64,000 nucleotides of DNA from Eubacteriales bacterium (lineage in GTDB: Bacteria; Bacillota; Clostridia; Oscillospirales; CAG-272). A program made the position numbers and the translations under genes. Numbering within the stretch: position 1 is the first letter of the stretch; each line of letters starts with the position of its first letter. The notes under the pieces were generated by a model, which did no database searches, was not told where the DNA came from, and saw only the letters and a list, made by a program, of their open reading frames with translations. The DNA is taken from positions 4,573-68,572 of the forward strand of contig JAZOQA010000022.1 in the NCBI GenBank assembly GCA_045655765.1. Direction: 5' to 3'. Positions 47,273 to 56,048 of this stretch are shown here, piece after piece.

Positions 47273-47575
47273 TCATTCTTTAAGGTTATCCTTATCTCCA
47301 AGTTCTTTCAACGCCATATCACACTCTTTGAGCGTATTTAACGCATAGTCTCGGCGTACATTGATTAAGTCCCTGTCTGTATAATCTGTGAAGAACTGCT
47401 TGTACACTTCCGATTTATAAAACCGCTCTGCTCTTTTACAGAAGTTCATACAGAATATGTATTCGGGATTATGAGGGTGTATCATAAGGAACTCGTAATA
47501 ATGAACTTCGCCATTTAATACTCTTATTAGTTCCTGTCCCGGTTTCAGTTGCTGAATATCTGCTACCTGTTTCAT
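47273..47575 (-). CDS. Hypothetical protein (100 aa)
   Basis: Met47 of the ORF that opens at 47713 is preferred, because it starts 10 nt after the upstream stop. Confidence 0.4.
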   Translation of the reverse strand: MKQVADIQQLKPGQELIRVLNGEVHYYEFLMIHPHNPEYIFCMNFCKRAERFYKSEVYKQFFTDYTDRDLINVRRDYALNTLKECDMALKELGDKDNLKE

Positions 47576-47585
47576 ATTTCTAAAA

Positions 47586-48008
47586 TTATTGATAATACTT
47601 TTTGTACGCCTCTCGCCACGATGGGCAATTAGCAAATGTTTGCGGCTCATTATCGTGGACGTACTTTGCATTGAGCCTTTGGCAAAGTTCCGTTGCTTCC
47701 TTTGGGGATGCACAGGTTATTGGTTGGTGGAGTTGGTGCGTTCCGCTTATGGTACTGACGACAACATCACCGAAGAAACGGTACAACTCAACACCTTTCG
47801 TAATGATGTAGCGATTGAGCGGATACCCCCAAAATGTAAGTCGAGTATCGAAGATGATATAAATGCTGTCCGGGTGTTCCTCACGCCATTTACAGAACTC
47901 TTGATACATCTTGGTTAAGTCATTATTCCCCATAACAGAAACCATATTGTTAGTATAGTACAGGACAGAATGGAAATACGAAGTCGTCTTTTCGCTATTC
48001 TGTAACAC
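47586..48008 (-). CDS. Hypothetical protein (start uncertain)
   Basis: A 140-aa ORF. Internal Mets at 47945, 47933 and 47909 are possible starts. The upstream part overlaps ORF 47915-48169. Confidence 0.4.
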   Translation of the reverse strand: MLQNSEKTTSYFHSVLYYTNNMVSVMGNNDLTKMYQEFCKWREEHPDSIYIIFDTRLTFWGYPLNRYIITKGVELYRFFGDVVVSTISGTHQLHQPITCASPKEATELCQRLNAKYVHDNEPQTFANCPSWREAYKKYYQ

Positions 48009-48169
48009 ATCCTGTAATACCGCATATACTTTTCATCCCGCATACTGCTCGATTTCTTGTAATCATTCTTGAATGATATATAATAGTCATACTTAACCAT
48101 TGCATTAGCATTGCAGTATAGCAGAATTAAAAAAGAGAAAATTATTAAAGGGAAAAGAATATAAAACAT
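47915..48169 (-). CDS. Small hydrophobic protein (questionable)
   Basis: An 84-aa ORF with an N-terminal TM (FYILFPLIIFSFLILLY). Its start overlaps the upstream stop. Its C-terminal third may be out-of-frame read-through of the next gene. Confidence 0.3.
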   Translation of the reverse strand: MFYILFPLIIFSFLILLYCNANAMVKYDYYISFKNDYKKSSSMRDEKYMRYYRMCYRIAKRRLRISILSCTILTIWFLLWGIMT

Positions 48170-48396
48170 TATTCACCTCCTTTCTGAAGTAATTGAGCAA
48201 GTTCCTCACTTGGTATATCCGCTTCGGTCTCATATCCTTTTTCAACAGCGTATGAAACGACACGCCTTACTTCGGCATCAGTCATATCACGACCATCGAC
48301 CGAGAAATAACCTCTTAAATTTTTGCGTGGGTGAGCATCCATCCATTTCTTAAATCCACGCATACAGGTTTTTATTTTGAAAGTCTTTGTTCCCAT
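48169..48396 (-). CDS. Hypothetical protein (75 aa)
   Basis: An ORF in the operon. No motif recognised. Confidence 0.45.
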   Translation of the reverse strand: MGTKTFKIKTCMRGFKKWMDAHPRKNLRGYFSVDGRDMTDAEVRRVVSYAVEKGYETEADIPSEELAQLLQKGGE

Positions 48397-48412
48397 AATT
48401 TTAGTACAATTC

Positions 48413-48820
48413 TTATTTTAACAATTCGGGGTTATCGTAAACATTCCCAATGACCTTTTTCGAGCCTGTCCAACGGCTATCATCAAGACCGCATACACCT
48501 ACAAAATCGTTTTCAATATCGCCATTGAGAGCTGCCATAAACCGACCTTGCTTTTCATTATAGAATATCAAGTGCTTGATGTTGGGATTATGGCAACCTA
48601 TGACATCGCCCTCGTAAATATCGTTGCCGTTTTTATCAGAAAGTCCTGTAAACTCGCCTATTGTGTTAGGGTCTATCTTACACCTCGTTCCAACGTCTGT
48701 ATGGATATGGGGAAAAGCACTTCTGATATGTAGGTCACCAAATACCCATTCTCCGATATTGTGCCCCTCAACACTCTTTGCTCTGAATTTAATCGTTCTC
48801 ATCGTTACCTCCTTTCTCAT
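48413..48820 (-). CDS. YopX-family protein
   Basis: IKFRAKSVEGHNIGEWVFGDL...GEFTGLSDKNGNDIYEGDVI... is the typical YopX N-terminal pattern. Confidence 0.6.
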   Translation of the reverse strand: MRKEVTMRTIKFRAKSVEGHNIGEWVFGDLHIRSAFPHIHTDVGTRCKIDPNTIGEFTGLSDKNGNDIYEGDVIGCHNPNIKHLIFYNEKQGRFMAALNGDIENDFVGVCGLDDSRWTGSKKVIGNVYDNPELLK

Positions 48821-49334
48821 TTAACCTTTTCGCTTCTTCCTCGTATGGGCAATCCTGTACGCACTCATCGCACATTGAACAGCATACGATATGTTTTCCA
48901 CAAGACGGGCATTTCTGCACGCTTAATTGTGCTTTCAATACGACTTCATTATCACAATGTGGACACATTTCAAAAGTGACCTCATCATTATCCTCGTGAA
49001 CATTACCTATTACTTCGTAATCCTCGCTCACCAACAATCCTTGAAAACCGCTATAATCAACACAGAAGTGTACATCTTTATATTTTACAGGCGCACGTTT
49101 GGTGTACTTGGATTTCACGATGTCTCCCTCATATATCTCCTTGCCATTCTTGTCAAGTCGTCCGGTAAATTGTCCAACCGTTTCAAGTTTGACAGCACAC
49201 TCGCCATAACAAATTTTGCCGTTATGTTCGTAAGCATACACAATGCTTGGCATATAACCTATTCGCTGAATGAGGTCTCCATATATCCACTCGCCTGTTT
49301 CTATATCCTTACCTCTAAACTTAATCTTTCTCAT
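48789..49334 (-). CDS. YopX-family protein fused to a C-terminal zinc ribbon
   Basis: MRKIKFRGKDIETGEWIYGDL...GQFTGRLDKNGKEIYEGDIV, followed by CPHCDNE...CPSCGKHIVCCSMCDECVQDC. Confidence 0.6.
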   Translation of the reverse strand: MRKIKFRGKDIETGEWIYGDLIQRIGYMPSIVYAYEHNGKICYGECAVKLETVGQFTGRLDKNGKEIYEGDIVKSKYTKRAPVKYKDVHFCVDYSGFQGLLVSEDYEVIGNVHEDNDEVTFEMCPHCDNEVVLKAQLSVQKCPSCGKHIVCCSMCDECVQDCPYEEEAKRLNEKGGNDEND

Positions 49335-49353
49335 TGCTTACAGTTTGTTTGTT

Positions 49354-49393
49354 AGAAAAATGGCAGTGCGGAGGCAGCAGCCCCCACACTGCC
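49354..49393 (-). terminator. Intrinsic terminator after DGR target 2
   Basis: On the minus strand, GGCAGTGTGGGGG-ctgctg-CCTCCGCACTGCC forms a 13-bp stem with two G-T pairs, followed by ATTTTTC. Confidence 0.55.
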
Positions 49394-49399
49394 CCTGCA

Positions 49400-50041
49400 T
49401 TATCCCTGCTTTCCTACTTCCTTTGGTTTGAAACAGAAGTCGGCATAAATCTCGGCGAACTGCCTACCTGCGTAGGCTGCGAGTTTTTCGCTTTTGAAGG
49501 CGAGCCGAGCGCCGTAGCTCGTGTGCGGGTACGAAGATGCGTAATACGCGTGCGAATAGACGAGACCGCTGTACGCATACGCATAGTTACCGCCACGACC
49601 AACCACACGGCTTTTATCCTCAGCAGATAGTTTGTCGTACTGCTCTTTGGTGATTAGGTCGTACCAAAAATACCAACGGCGTTCGCCCTTTGTGAATTGA
49701 GGTTCCCAACCCTCGTTGAGAGCTGCGGTGATGATGCGGAGTTGGAGGTATGCCACCAAATCATAGTCGTTCATATCGTGTTGGTGGATATGCGACACAT
49801 AGCCGTCATAGGCTTTTACGAATGGGTGGTCAGAGCCGAGTTCACGACAAGCATCGGCAAATGTCTTGATGCGCTCTGTTACGTCCTGTGGCTTCTCATC
49901 TACGAGGGTGAGTACACCATCAACCCATTTTGCAACTTTCCCTACGGGGATTTCGATTTCTACTTTCTTGGTCTTGTTTTCCATACTGTTGTTTGTTTTA
50001 ATTGGTTTGAAAATCCTTTTGATAATGATTAAAGTGTTCAT
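49400..50041 (-). CDS. DGR target 2: small protein with a C-type-lectin-like variable C-terminus
   Basis: 213 aa, ending ...SRVVGRGGNYAYAYSGLVYSHAYYASSYPHTSYGARLAFKSEK... and containing VR2. The ATG at 50041 overlaps the stop of the upstream 55-aa ORF (ATGA). Confidence 0.8.
   Translation of the reverse strand: MNTLIIIKRIFKPIKTNNSMENKTKKVEIEIPVGKVAKWVDGVLTLVDEKPQDVTERIKTFADACRELGSDHPFVKAYDGYVSHIHQHDMNDYDLVAYLQLRIITAALNEGWEPQFTKGERRWYFWYDLITKEQYDKLSAEDKSRVVGRGGNYAYAYSGLVYSHAYYASSYPHTSYGARLAFKSEKLAAYAGRQFAEIYADFCFKPKEVGKQG
49502..49610 (-). repeat. DGR variable repeat VR2 (remote, opposite strand)
   Basis: The reverse complement aligns gap-free to TR 34867-34975. There are 13 mismatches: 11 at TR adenines and 2 at TR thymines. 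Confidence 0.85.
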
Positions 50042-50205
50042 TGTTTGTTGGTTTTATGTTCAAAGTGAGGACACGACTTTAATTTCTCCTTGTATGCAGG
50101 AGGTATCCACCATAATGGTTCATCGGGTGGGTCGGGCAGATAGCGTCTGCACTCCTGGCGAATTGGGCAAGTAACGCCCGAACAGTAACTGTAATCTTTG
50201 TTCAT
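50038..50205 (-). CDS. Small Cys-rich protein (55 aa; below the ORF-track cutoff)
   Basis: MNKDYSYCSGVTCPIRQECRRYLPDPPDEPLWWIPPAYKEKLKSCPHFEHK... It fills the gap between the DnaC-like gene and target 2 exactly. Confidence 0.45.
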   Translation of the reverse strand: MNKDYSYCSGVTCPIRQECRRYLPDPPDEPLWWIPPAYKEKLKSCPHFEHKTNKQ

Positions 50206-50208
50206 AAA

Positions 50209-50940
50209 TCACTTGTTTATAGGTTTGCGAAATGATTGCTCCGTGCCGAAGTTGATGATGTGCATCATTTCTCGGAAGCGGTCGGCAATACGTTCATCGT
50301 AGTAAGTTGCTATTTCTGCTGCTGTAAGGTTGGACGATGCCAACGTGCAGAACTGCTCCTCATATCGGAAAGAGATAATATCCATAGCCGCCGTAACGAA
50401 GTCGCCGTAGTGTATGCTTTCCTTTGGCTCTTGACCGAGGTCGTCAATGGCAAGTATCTCAATGGTGCGTAGCCTCTTGAACTTGTACACATCGCTTTCA
50501 TTCTCACGTGTGGGATTGTTGTATGCCTTTGCAAGCAATACGAGTTCCTTTGCCGTGATGAACGTGTAGCCACGTACCGGGTAATCGTCCTGTCGGCTAC
50601 TCCAACCCTCATCGGAGCGGAGCAAGTTCGTGAGGTTTTGCAAGGCACGGAGAATGGTTGTCTTTCCATTGCCTGCACCGCCACAGAGGAACAGCCCGAA
50701 TGTAGAGTCTTGCGAGGTCAGCCACTTGGCAATGTCCCACAGGTGCTGTTTATACTCTTGCGTTTCGATAAATACACGATGACGGCTCACGACCTCGGCT
50801 TTGCACGCAGCATAGAGCATTGCATATACCTGTTGAGGCGTGTATGGCAATCTAAAACGTGTCGCCGTACGTTTTCGGCTCATCAGGTGAGAGAACATTT
50901 CCTCTACGTTGATTTCGTCCTTTGGATTTAGCGTTATCAT
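50209..50940 (-). CDS. DnaC/IstB-like AAA+ helicase loader
   Basis: Walker A LCGGAGNGKTT and Walker B ILAIDDLGQE. The start may be internal (50898 or 50883), because the ORF overlaps the upstream gene. Confidence 0.7.
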   Translation of the reverse strand: MITLNPKDEINVEEMFSHLMSRKRTATRFRLPYTPQQVYAMLYAACKAEVVSRHRVFIETQEYKQHLWDIAKWLTSQDSTFGLFLCGGAGNGKTTILRALQNLTNLLRSDEGWSSRQDDYPVRGYTFITAKELVLLAKAYNNPTRENESDVYKFKRLRTIEILAIDDLGQEPKESIHYGDFVTAAMDIISFRYEEQFCTLASSNLTAAEIATYYDERIADRFREMMHIINFGTEQSFRKPINK

Positions 50941-51649
50941 CTTCTTTCTTTTTGTTTCTATTCACTATGCGTAACCACGAATTGAAATGCTGTTTTGCAT
51001 CAGCCAATGATTGGTGTCCTCGTTCTTTGCCGTCTGCCACACATTGCACACGAAAATCATCGAGGCTGTTACGTAGCAGTTCTATGTTCATCGAGTGGAG
51101 GACTTGCAAACCATCGAGCCAAACTTCATCTGCTTTCAGTTTCTCAATCTCTTGGTCGAGTGTTAGCGAATAAGGTTCGTAACGTGGTGGTGTGTCTTGT
51201 TTATCAGTCTCTTTCTTCGGTTGATTGTTTGCCTGCCTATGATTACGTGGTTGTCTTGGTGCTTGCGGTGCAAGCAGACTGTAATCTGTGATTTTGCACA
51301 CCCGGCGGCATTGAATACATATACGACTGTATCTCTCTTGAATACCCTTTGATGTAAGCACTCCCTCCGCATCGAACAGTTCCTTTGAAAACAACCCGAG
51401 TGACAGGCAGGTCTTTATAACCTCCAATACATACGCCTCGTCAAAGCCCGTTAGTTCCGAGCAGATGAAAGGCAACTCTTCGTCCCACTCGATGTAATAC
51501 CCATTCTTGTAGATGTTACAGAGCAGCAGAGCATATATCGAAATGGCTTTACCACCTTGATACTTGATTAGTTTTCTTATCTTTATGTCGCTGAAAATAT
51601 CTATATCCATCGGAAAGTATTCCAGCCCTATTTTTGAAGTTCGTGCCAT
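50852..51649 (-). CDS. Replication initiator / organiser (DUF4373-like N-terminal domain)
   Basis: N-terminal GLEYFPMDIDIFSDIKIRKLIKYQGGKAISIYALLLCNIY... is typical of the Lin1244/DnaD-related phage replication proteins. It lies upstream of the DnaC-like loader. Confidence 0.55.
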   Translation of the reverse strand: MARTSKIGLEYFPMDIDIFSDIKIRKLIKYQGGKAISIYALLLCNIYKNGYYIEWDEELPFICSELTGFDEAYVLEVIKTCLSLGLFSKELFDAEGVLTSKGIQERYSRICIQCRRVCKITDYSLLAPQAPRQPRNHRQANNQPKKETDKQDTPPRYEPYSLTLDQEIEKLKADEVWLDGLQVLHSMNIELLRNSLDDFRVQCVADGKERGHQSLADAKQHFNSWLRIVNRNKKKEDDNAKSKGRNQRRGNVLSPDEPKTYGDTF

Positions 51650-51655
51650 AGAGAG

Positions 51656-52069
51656 TTATTCGTTTTTCAAATAGTCGTCCACCTCACGTTTGAAATCGTC
51701 AAAGGAACGACACACCACATATTTGTACTCGCTGTCAGCACAGACGATGTTCTGCCAAGCCTTTTGGCTGTCTCGCTGTCTGCCTTTGAGTGTTTTCATT
51801 TCAATGAGCAAAGCACCATAATCACGGTTGCTTTTCAAGAGGATGAGGTCTGCCACTCCTGCCACAACTCCCTCGGCTTTCAGTTTTGCCGCCGTAGTCG
51901 CATCACGTCTGCCGCCATTTGGAACAGCGAACAGTCTGCCGTGAAGTCGTGGATATTGGAGGGAGAACCACCGCGCACACTCACATTGTATGCGGTGTTC
52001 CTCTTCCGTAGGTCGTTTGCGAGTCTTAACAGCTTTCTTATGTGCTGCCATCAACTCATCAAATGTCAT
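51656..52069 (-). CDS. VRR-NUC domain nuclease
   Basis: FAVPNGG...GVVAGVADLILL...ALLIEMKTLKGRQRDSQKAW is a PD-(D/E)xK pattern. The start at 52069 (Met19) is preferred, since it lies 1 nt after the upstream stop. Confidence 0.7.
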   Translation of the reverse strand: MTFDELMAAHKKAVKTRKRPTEEEHRIQCECARWFSLQYPRLHGRLFAVPNGGRRDATTAAKLKAEGVVAGVADLILLKSNRDYGALLIEMKTLKGRQRDSQKAWQNIVCADSEYKYVVCRSFDDFKREVDDYLKNE

Positions 52070-52070
52070 T

Positions 52071-52517
52071 TTACTTTTCGTCATACTTTGCAGGGTAATA
52101 ATCCAATATCTGTGTCTCGACAATGGAAACTATTTCGTAATCTGCCATTGTTCCTTTCATACCCTCAATGAAGCGGTCGTATGCGTTCTTGAAGTCCGAA
52201 GCCTGTACGAGAATGAAACTGTTGGTCTTTTTCTCGGCTCCGCTCTTTTCATCAAGGGTGATGAACGAAACCTTTACCTTGTAGTAGCGGTCTGCCGACA
52301 CATCTTCGGAGAGCATCAGTTCAGAAATACGAGGCTTAACGATTTGGGGAATGCTAAATTCGCCACTGATGTAGGGTTTCAGTTCCTCGATAGTTCTTGC
52401 CTCTGCCTCTGTGAACGAGAGCGCATCAAAAAGATACTGTTCGCTTACTGTCTTGTTGAGTCCGTTTTCCATTGTCTTTTCGTAGCGGACTGTCGAAAGG
52501 AAATAGTTTACCATCAT
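52071..52517 (-). CDS. DUF4494-like protein
   Basis: ...VRYEKTMENGLNKTVSEQYLFDALSFTEAEARTIEEL...KVKVSFITLDEKSGAEKKT..ILVQASDF... resembles the Bacteroidota DUF4494 family. The start overlaps the HU stop. Confidence 0.5.
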   Translation of the reverse strand: MMVNYFLSTVRYEKTMENGLNKTVSEQYLFDALSFTEAEARTIEELKPYISGEFSIPQIVKPRISELMLSEDVSADRYYKVKVSFITLDEKSGAEKKTNSFILVQASDFKNAYDRFIEGMKGTMADYEIVSIVETQILDYYPAKYDEK

Positions 52518-52795
52518 TCTTTCAAGTTCATACGGTTTTTCAATTCTTTGCTTAACACGAGTTTGGCGGTGTTCTGTGCCGGAATGCTGACAACAGTACC
52601 CTTGCTGATGTTGCGAGCCTTTTTAGGGGCTGTGGTAACTGCCTTGATTGTTGCAAAGCCACGAATGAACACACTCTCACCCTTTGCGAGTGAACTGCTG
52701 ATAGCCTCTACCACGCTTTCGGTGGCGGCGATTGCCTGTGAACGACTTAAAGTCGTGTTGTTGATTACGTAATCAACGATGTCATTTTTCTTCAT
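52514..52795 (-). CDS. HU/IHF-family DNA-binding protein
   Basis: 93 aa. MKKNDIVDYV...SVFIRGFATIKAVTTAPKKARNISKGTVVSIPAQNTAKL matches the HU fold pattern. Confidence 0.8.
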   Translation of the reverse strand: MKKNDIVDYVINNTTLSRSQAIAATESVVEAISSSLAKGESVFIRGFATIKAVTTAPKKARNISKGTVVSIPAQNTAKLVLSKELKNRMNLKE

Positions 52796-52961
52796 TTTGA
52801 ATTGAATTAAAGGTGAATAATTTCTTTTCTAACTTCTTTATCATTTGTCGTATAACCCACGCACGGCAGTTGTTGCGTTGTCCGGGCAGGGTGTCATATA
52901 CTTTGGCAGCATCATCGAAATACTTGATAATCTTCTGCACGTCTGTCTTGCATATATCCAT
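52782..52961 (-). CDS. Small hypothetical protein (59 aa; below the ORF-track cutoff)
   Basis: MDICKTDVQKIIKYFDDAAKVYDTLPGQRNNCRAWVIRQMIKKLEKK... Its ATG overlaps the SNF2 stop (TAATG) and its 3' end overlaps the HU start. Confidence 0.35.
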   Translation of the reverse strand: MDICKTDVQKIIKYFDDAAKVYDTLPGQRNNCRAWVIRQMIKKLEKKLFTFNSIQNEEK

Positions 52962-54397
52962 TATCCCGATGTGTTGAGGAAGAGATTAACCAACTCATCG
53001 AAGTACATTTCATCGGTTGGTATATCATCGTCCGAGTTCATTATTTCACTCGCAATGGACTTCTTGCGGTGTATGAGGTTGTAGATGGTGTGGTCGATTG
53101 TGCCACGCCCGAGCAGGTAGTAACAGGTTACGTTGTCTTTCTGACCTATGCGGTGCGCTCTGTCCTCACATTGGCAGCAGTCGGCATACGTCCAAGCCAA
53201 TTCAATGAATGCCACGTTTGATGAGGCTGTAAGTGTCAGTCCAACTCCGGCAGCTTTGATTGAACAGATGATGAGGTTTACATCGGGGTTGTTCTGGAAC
53301 GCATCGACAGAAGCCTGTTTGTTTACCATACTATCACGTCCTGTAACCGTTACCGCACGAGGGAACACCTTTTGCAGTTCGTCCACAATCTCGTGGAGCG
53401 AGCAGAACACAATGAGTTTCTTTCCGCTATCGAGGAATGTTCGGATAAAATCGACCGCCTGTGCTATCTTGCCTTTGGTGGCCAAGGAACGCAACGTCAT
53501 AAAGCGCACAAGGGCTTCCATACGCATTTTGCGGCGTATCTCCCAATCGGTACACTCGGTGTACTCCTGCAAGTATGCGGCGAGGTCGGCGGCAGCAAGG
53601 TTGTATTCCTTGTCATTGGAAATCTCCACATACAAGTCCACTCGTGTTTTGTCGGGCAACTGCGGCAGCACCTTTGCTTTCTCTCGGCGTATCATACAGG
53701 TATCGTACAACTGCTTTGAAAGAACAAACAGAGGAACGGCAGGAACGGCGGTCTTATCTTTGGGGTCGGTGCAGTAGTCCGCCATAAACTTGGCACGTCC
53801 TCCGAACTCGCCTATGCGGTCCAATATGGAAAGTTGGGCGATTAAATCCTCGGGGCGATTGACAACAGGCGTACCCGAAAGGAGTATGCGATATTCCTTG
53901 CCAACGGACAAACCTTTGGTGAAGATTGTCTGCTGTGCGGAGGGGTCTTTCACACGGTGGCTCTCATCTATGATGATTGATTTGAACTGCTGCATCTGCG
54001 GACAGAACACTACGTCTTTCAGTCGGAACTGCTTGCCGCCCTTGATGTCCCACACGAAGTATTTGCGCAGGCTCTCATAATTGACGATGGCGACCTGATG
54101 CACGCCCATTGAGAGAAGATAACCCCACGTGGTGCGGACGTTATTGTCAAGCACAAGTGCGCTCTTATCGGTAAATTTCTCAAACTCACGTTGCCAATTG
54201 ATTTTGAGTGATGACGGACAGATAACGAGGCAGGGGTATGCTCTTGCTGTATCGACTATGCCAATGCTCTGCAATGTCTTGCCCAATCCCGGCTCATCGC
54301 CGATGATAATGCGCTTATGCTCCAATCCGAAGCAGATGCCCTCACGTTGGTATTCGTAAGGCTCGACACGCAGATTATGTTTCAGTATATTGCTCAT
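52961..54397 (-). CDS. SNF2-family helicase
   Basis: DEPGLGKTLQ (motif I), IIDESHRVKD (motif II), LSGTPVVNRPEDL (motif III) and CEDRAHRIGQ (motif VI). Confidence 0.8.
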   Translation of the reverse strand: MSNILKHNLRVEPYEYQREGICFGLEHKRIIIGDEPGLGKTLQSIGIVDTARAYPCLVICPSSLKINWQREFEKFTDKSALVLDNNVRTTWGYLLSMGVHQVAIVNYESLRKYFVWDIKGGKQFRLKDVVFCPQMQQFKSIIIDESHRVKDPSAQQTIFTKGLSVGKEYRILLSGTPVVNRPEDLIAQLSILDRIGEFGGRAKFMADYCTDPKDKTAVPAVPLFVLSKQLYDTCMIRREKAKVLPQLPDKTRVDLYVEISNDKEYNLAAADLAAYLQEYTECTDWEIRRKMRMEALVRFMTLRSLATKGKIAQAVDFIRTFLDSGKKLIVFCSLHEIVDELQKVFPRAVTVTGRDSMVNKQASVDAFQNNPDVNLIICSIKAAGVGLTLTASSNVAFIELAWTYADCCQCEDRAHRIGQKDNVTCYYLLGRGTIDHTIYNLIHRKKSIASEIMNSDDDIPTDEMYFDELVNLFLNTSG

Positions 54398-54831
54398 TTG
54401 AAATTCTCTATCTCTGTGATTAAATCTTCTTTATCTATCCCTTTGAGGTACTTGTATAGCACAAGGTCGATGCACTGATTGTAGAAGCGTTCAAACTCGT
54501 GTTGTTCCATTGCCGAGAATGATATGCTTTGGTATTCTATCTCCTTTTCGCCTCGTTCGTTGAGGCTTGTTTTGAAGTAGCCCAAGTCTCGCTTGAAGCG
54601 GCGCAGCATATCTTCCTCGTTGTGGACTTTGAAATATTCTGCAAGGTTGGACGGCAGGTTATCAAACGTGAGGCGTACCAATGCAAAGAACTTCTTGTGA
54701 TGTTCGTAGTTGCGAGGGTTGCTAACCTTGCACTTGACAACAGAGCCGACACGAAGCCGTTTCTTCAAGTCGTAGTCGCTATCATAGAGCGGCACAAGAC
54801 CGTGAGCCGTTACCTTGCAGAATATATCCAT
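54394..54831 (-). CDS. Hypothetical phage protein (DUF1367-like; weak)
   Basis: ...KVSNPRNYEHHKKFFALVRLTF... Met13 (54831) is preferred, since it lies just after the upstream stop at 54836. Confidence 0.45.
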   Translation of the reverse strand: MDIFCKVTAHGLVPLYDSDYDLKKRLRVGSVVKCKVSNPRNYEHHKKFFALVRLTFDNLPSNLAEYFKVHNEEDMLRRFKRDLGYFKTSLNERGEKEIEYQSISFSAMEQHEFERFYNQCIDLVLYKYLKGIDKEDLITEIENFK

Positions 54832-54835
54832 AGGG

Positions 54836-55057
54836 CTATTCAAAATCTTTCGATGAAGCGACAGCAAGGGCTATGATTGCGATTTGCACCTGCGTTTTAT
54901 CTGCGCCAAACTTGTTAAAGTCCATAGGGATAGTTTCTTTTGTCAATTTCTCCCAACGTTCATCAGTCAATTTCTCGCCCATCAACATAAATGTTCCGGC
55001 TACCTCGTCTCTGTCAAACTCGACTTCGAGTTTCATTTTCTTGTTTTCTTCTGCCAT
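54836..55057 (-). CDS. Small acidic hypothetical protein (73 aa)
   Basis: An ORF in the operon. No motif recognised. Confidence 0.4.
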   Translation of the reverse strand: MAEENKKMKLEVEFDRDEVAGTFMLMGEKLTDERWEKLTKETIPMDFNKFGADKTQVQIAIIALAVASSKDFE

Positions 55058-55067
55058 AAATCTTTGA

Positions 55068-55733
55068 TTATAAATTGTTGTTTGTTACAGGTGGGCATAA
55101 GCACCAATACTGAAATGCCAATTCTTCGTATTTCTCACGACCACGATTATAGACCTCATCGCCACGTGTGATGAACTTCTTAAATATGCGGCAGTTCTTT
55201 TTGCTGATGGCGTAGATGAAATCACGGTTGCTGTTTGCGATGTCCATATACCAGGCACGGCTTCTGTCCCAATCGAAGAAATCAACGGCTTCCTCGAACT
55301 GTTGCTGTGTGGCAGCGAATGTTGTTTTGAGGTCGCCACCGAAAGCACCGAGCCACCAATCCCATTTGCAACGGGTATCGAGTGTGAACGGAAATTCGCA
55401 GTATGTGAACTGCTGTGCCTTATTGACCATAAAGCGTTGCGTTTCGGCACATTCAAGCACTTTTGCAAGGAACGCATCTTTGCGTGCTTCCATACGGAGA
55501 GCCTTTTGCATTTCCTGTGCGTGTCGGAACTCATCTTCTGTGTATGGCACATCGTCCACTGTTAGGCGGTAGTAGTCCACCTTTGACGGCTCTGTGATGA
55601 TGGCATCGACCAACGAGCCGAAGCGGAAAGCAGCTTCCTTATCGCCAAACTGCATACGTGGGTGCAAGATGTTTTTCAGTTCGGTGAGGTCAGAGTTACT
55701 GACCTCACTTCTGCTGTAATAGTTATCGCTCAT
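55068..55733 (-). CDS. PD-(D/E)xK exonuclease (YqaJ/Cas4-like), partner of RecT
   Basis: ...FGSLVDAIITE... and ...GGDLKTT... are D...(D/E)xK-type motifs. It sits in the recombination module. The start is at 55733 or 55742 and overlaps the upstream stop. Confidence 0.55.
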   Translation of the reverse strand: MSDNYYSRSEVSNSDLTELKNILHPRMQFGDKEAAFRFGSLVDAIITEPSKVDYYRLTVDDVPYTEDEFRHAQEMQKALRMEARKDAFLAKVLECAETQRFMVNKAQQFTYCEFPFTLDTRCKWDWWLGAFGGDLKTTFAATQQQFEEAVDFFDWDRSRAWYMDIANSNRDFIYAISKKNCRIFKKFITRGDEVYNRGREKYEELAFQYWCLCPPVTNNNL

Positions 55734-56046
55734 AGTAATCATCGTAATCGGGTTCGTAATCTTCTTCGTACTCAACCTCGCCGACACCATCACACACTTC
55801 GCAGGTCTCCTTTTCGCCTTGTATGTAGTGTTGTCGCTTGGCTTCTGCTTCTTCCTCTGTCTTGGGGAGACACAACCACGTTTCTTCTGTACATTCGGTC
55901 TCTTCGTTTGTCTCGAAGTTGTAGGCGTGCCAATGGCAACCTTTACCGTTACAGGCTTCGCATTTTACATAGTGAGGCTCTTTCTCGTTCCACGGCGCAC
56001 GTGGGTCGTGTTCTGCTCCGGGTGGGTAGTATCCGCTTTCGTACAT
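55723..56046 (-). CDS. Acidic zinc-finger protein (107 aa)
   Basis: It has CEACNGKGC and CEVCDGVG motifs and a very acidic tail. Confidence 0.5.
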   Translation of the reverse strand: MYESGYYPPGAEHDPRAPWNEKEPHYVKCEACNGKGCHWHAYNFETNEETECTEETWLCLPKTEEEAEAKRQHYIQGEKETCEVCDGVGEVEYEEDYEPDYDDYYER

Positions 56047-56048
56047 AG

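Noticed and set aside
51990-52772. 260-aa plus-strand ORF spanning the VRR-NUC / DUF4494 / HU region; also 20912-21487 and 21426-21950 inside terL
   Set aside because: These are antisense to genes with clear motifs, and their translations are low-complexity (Cys/Leu/Phe-rich).
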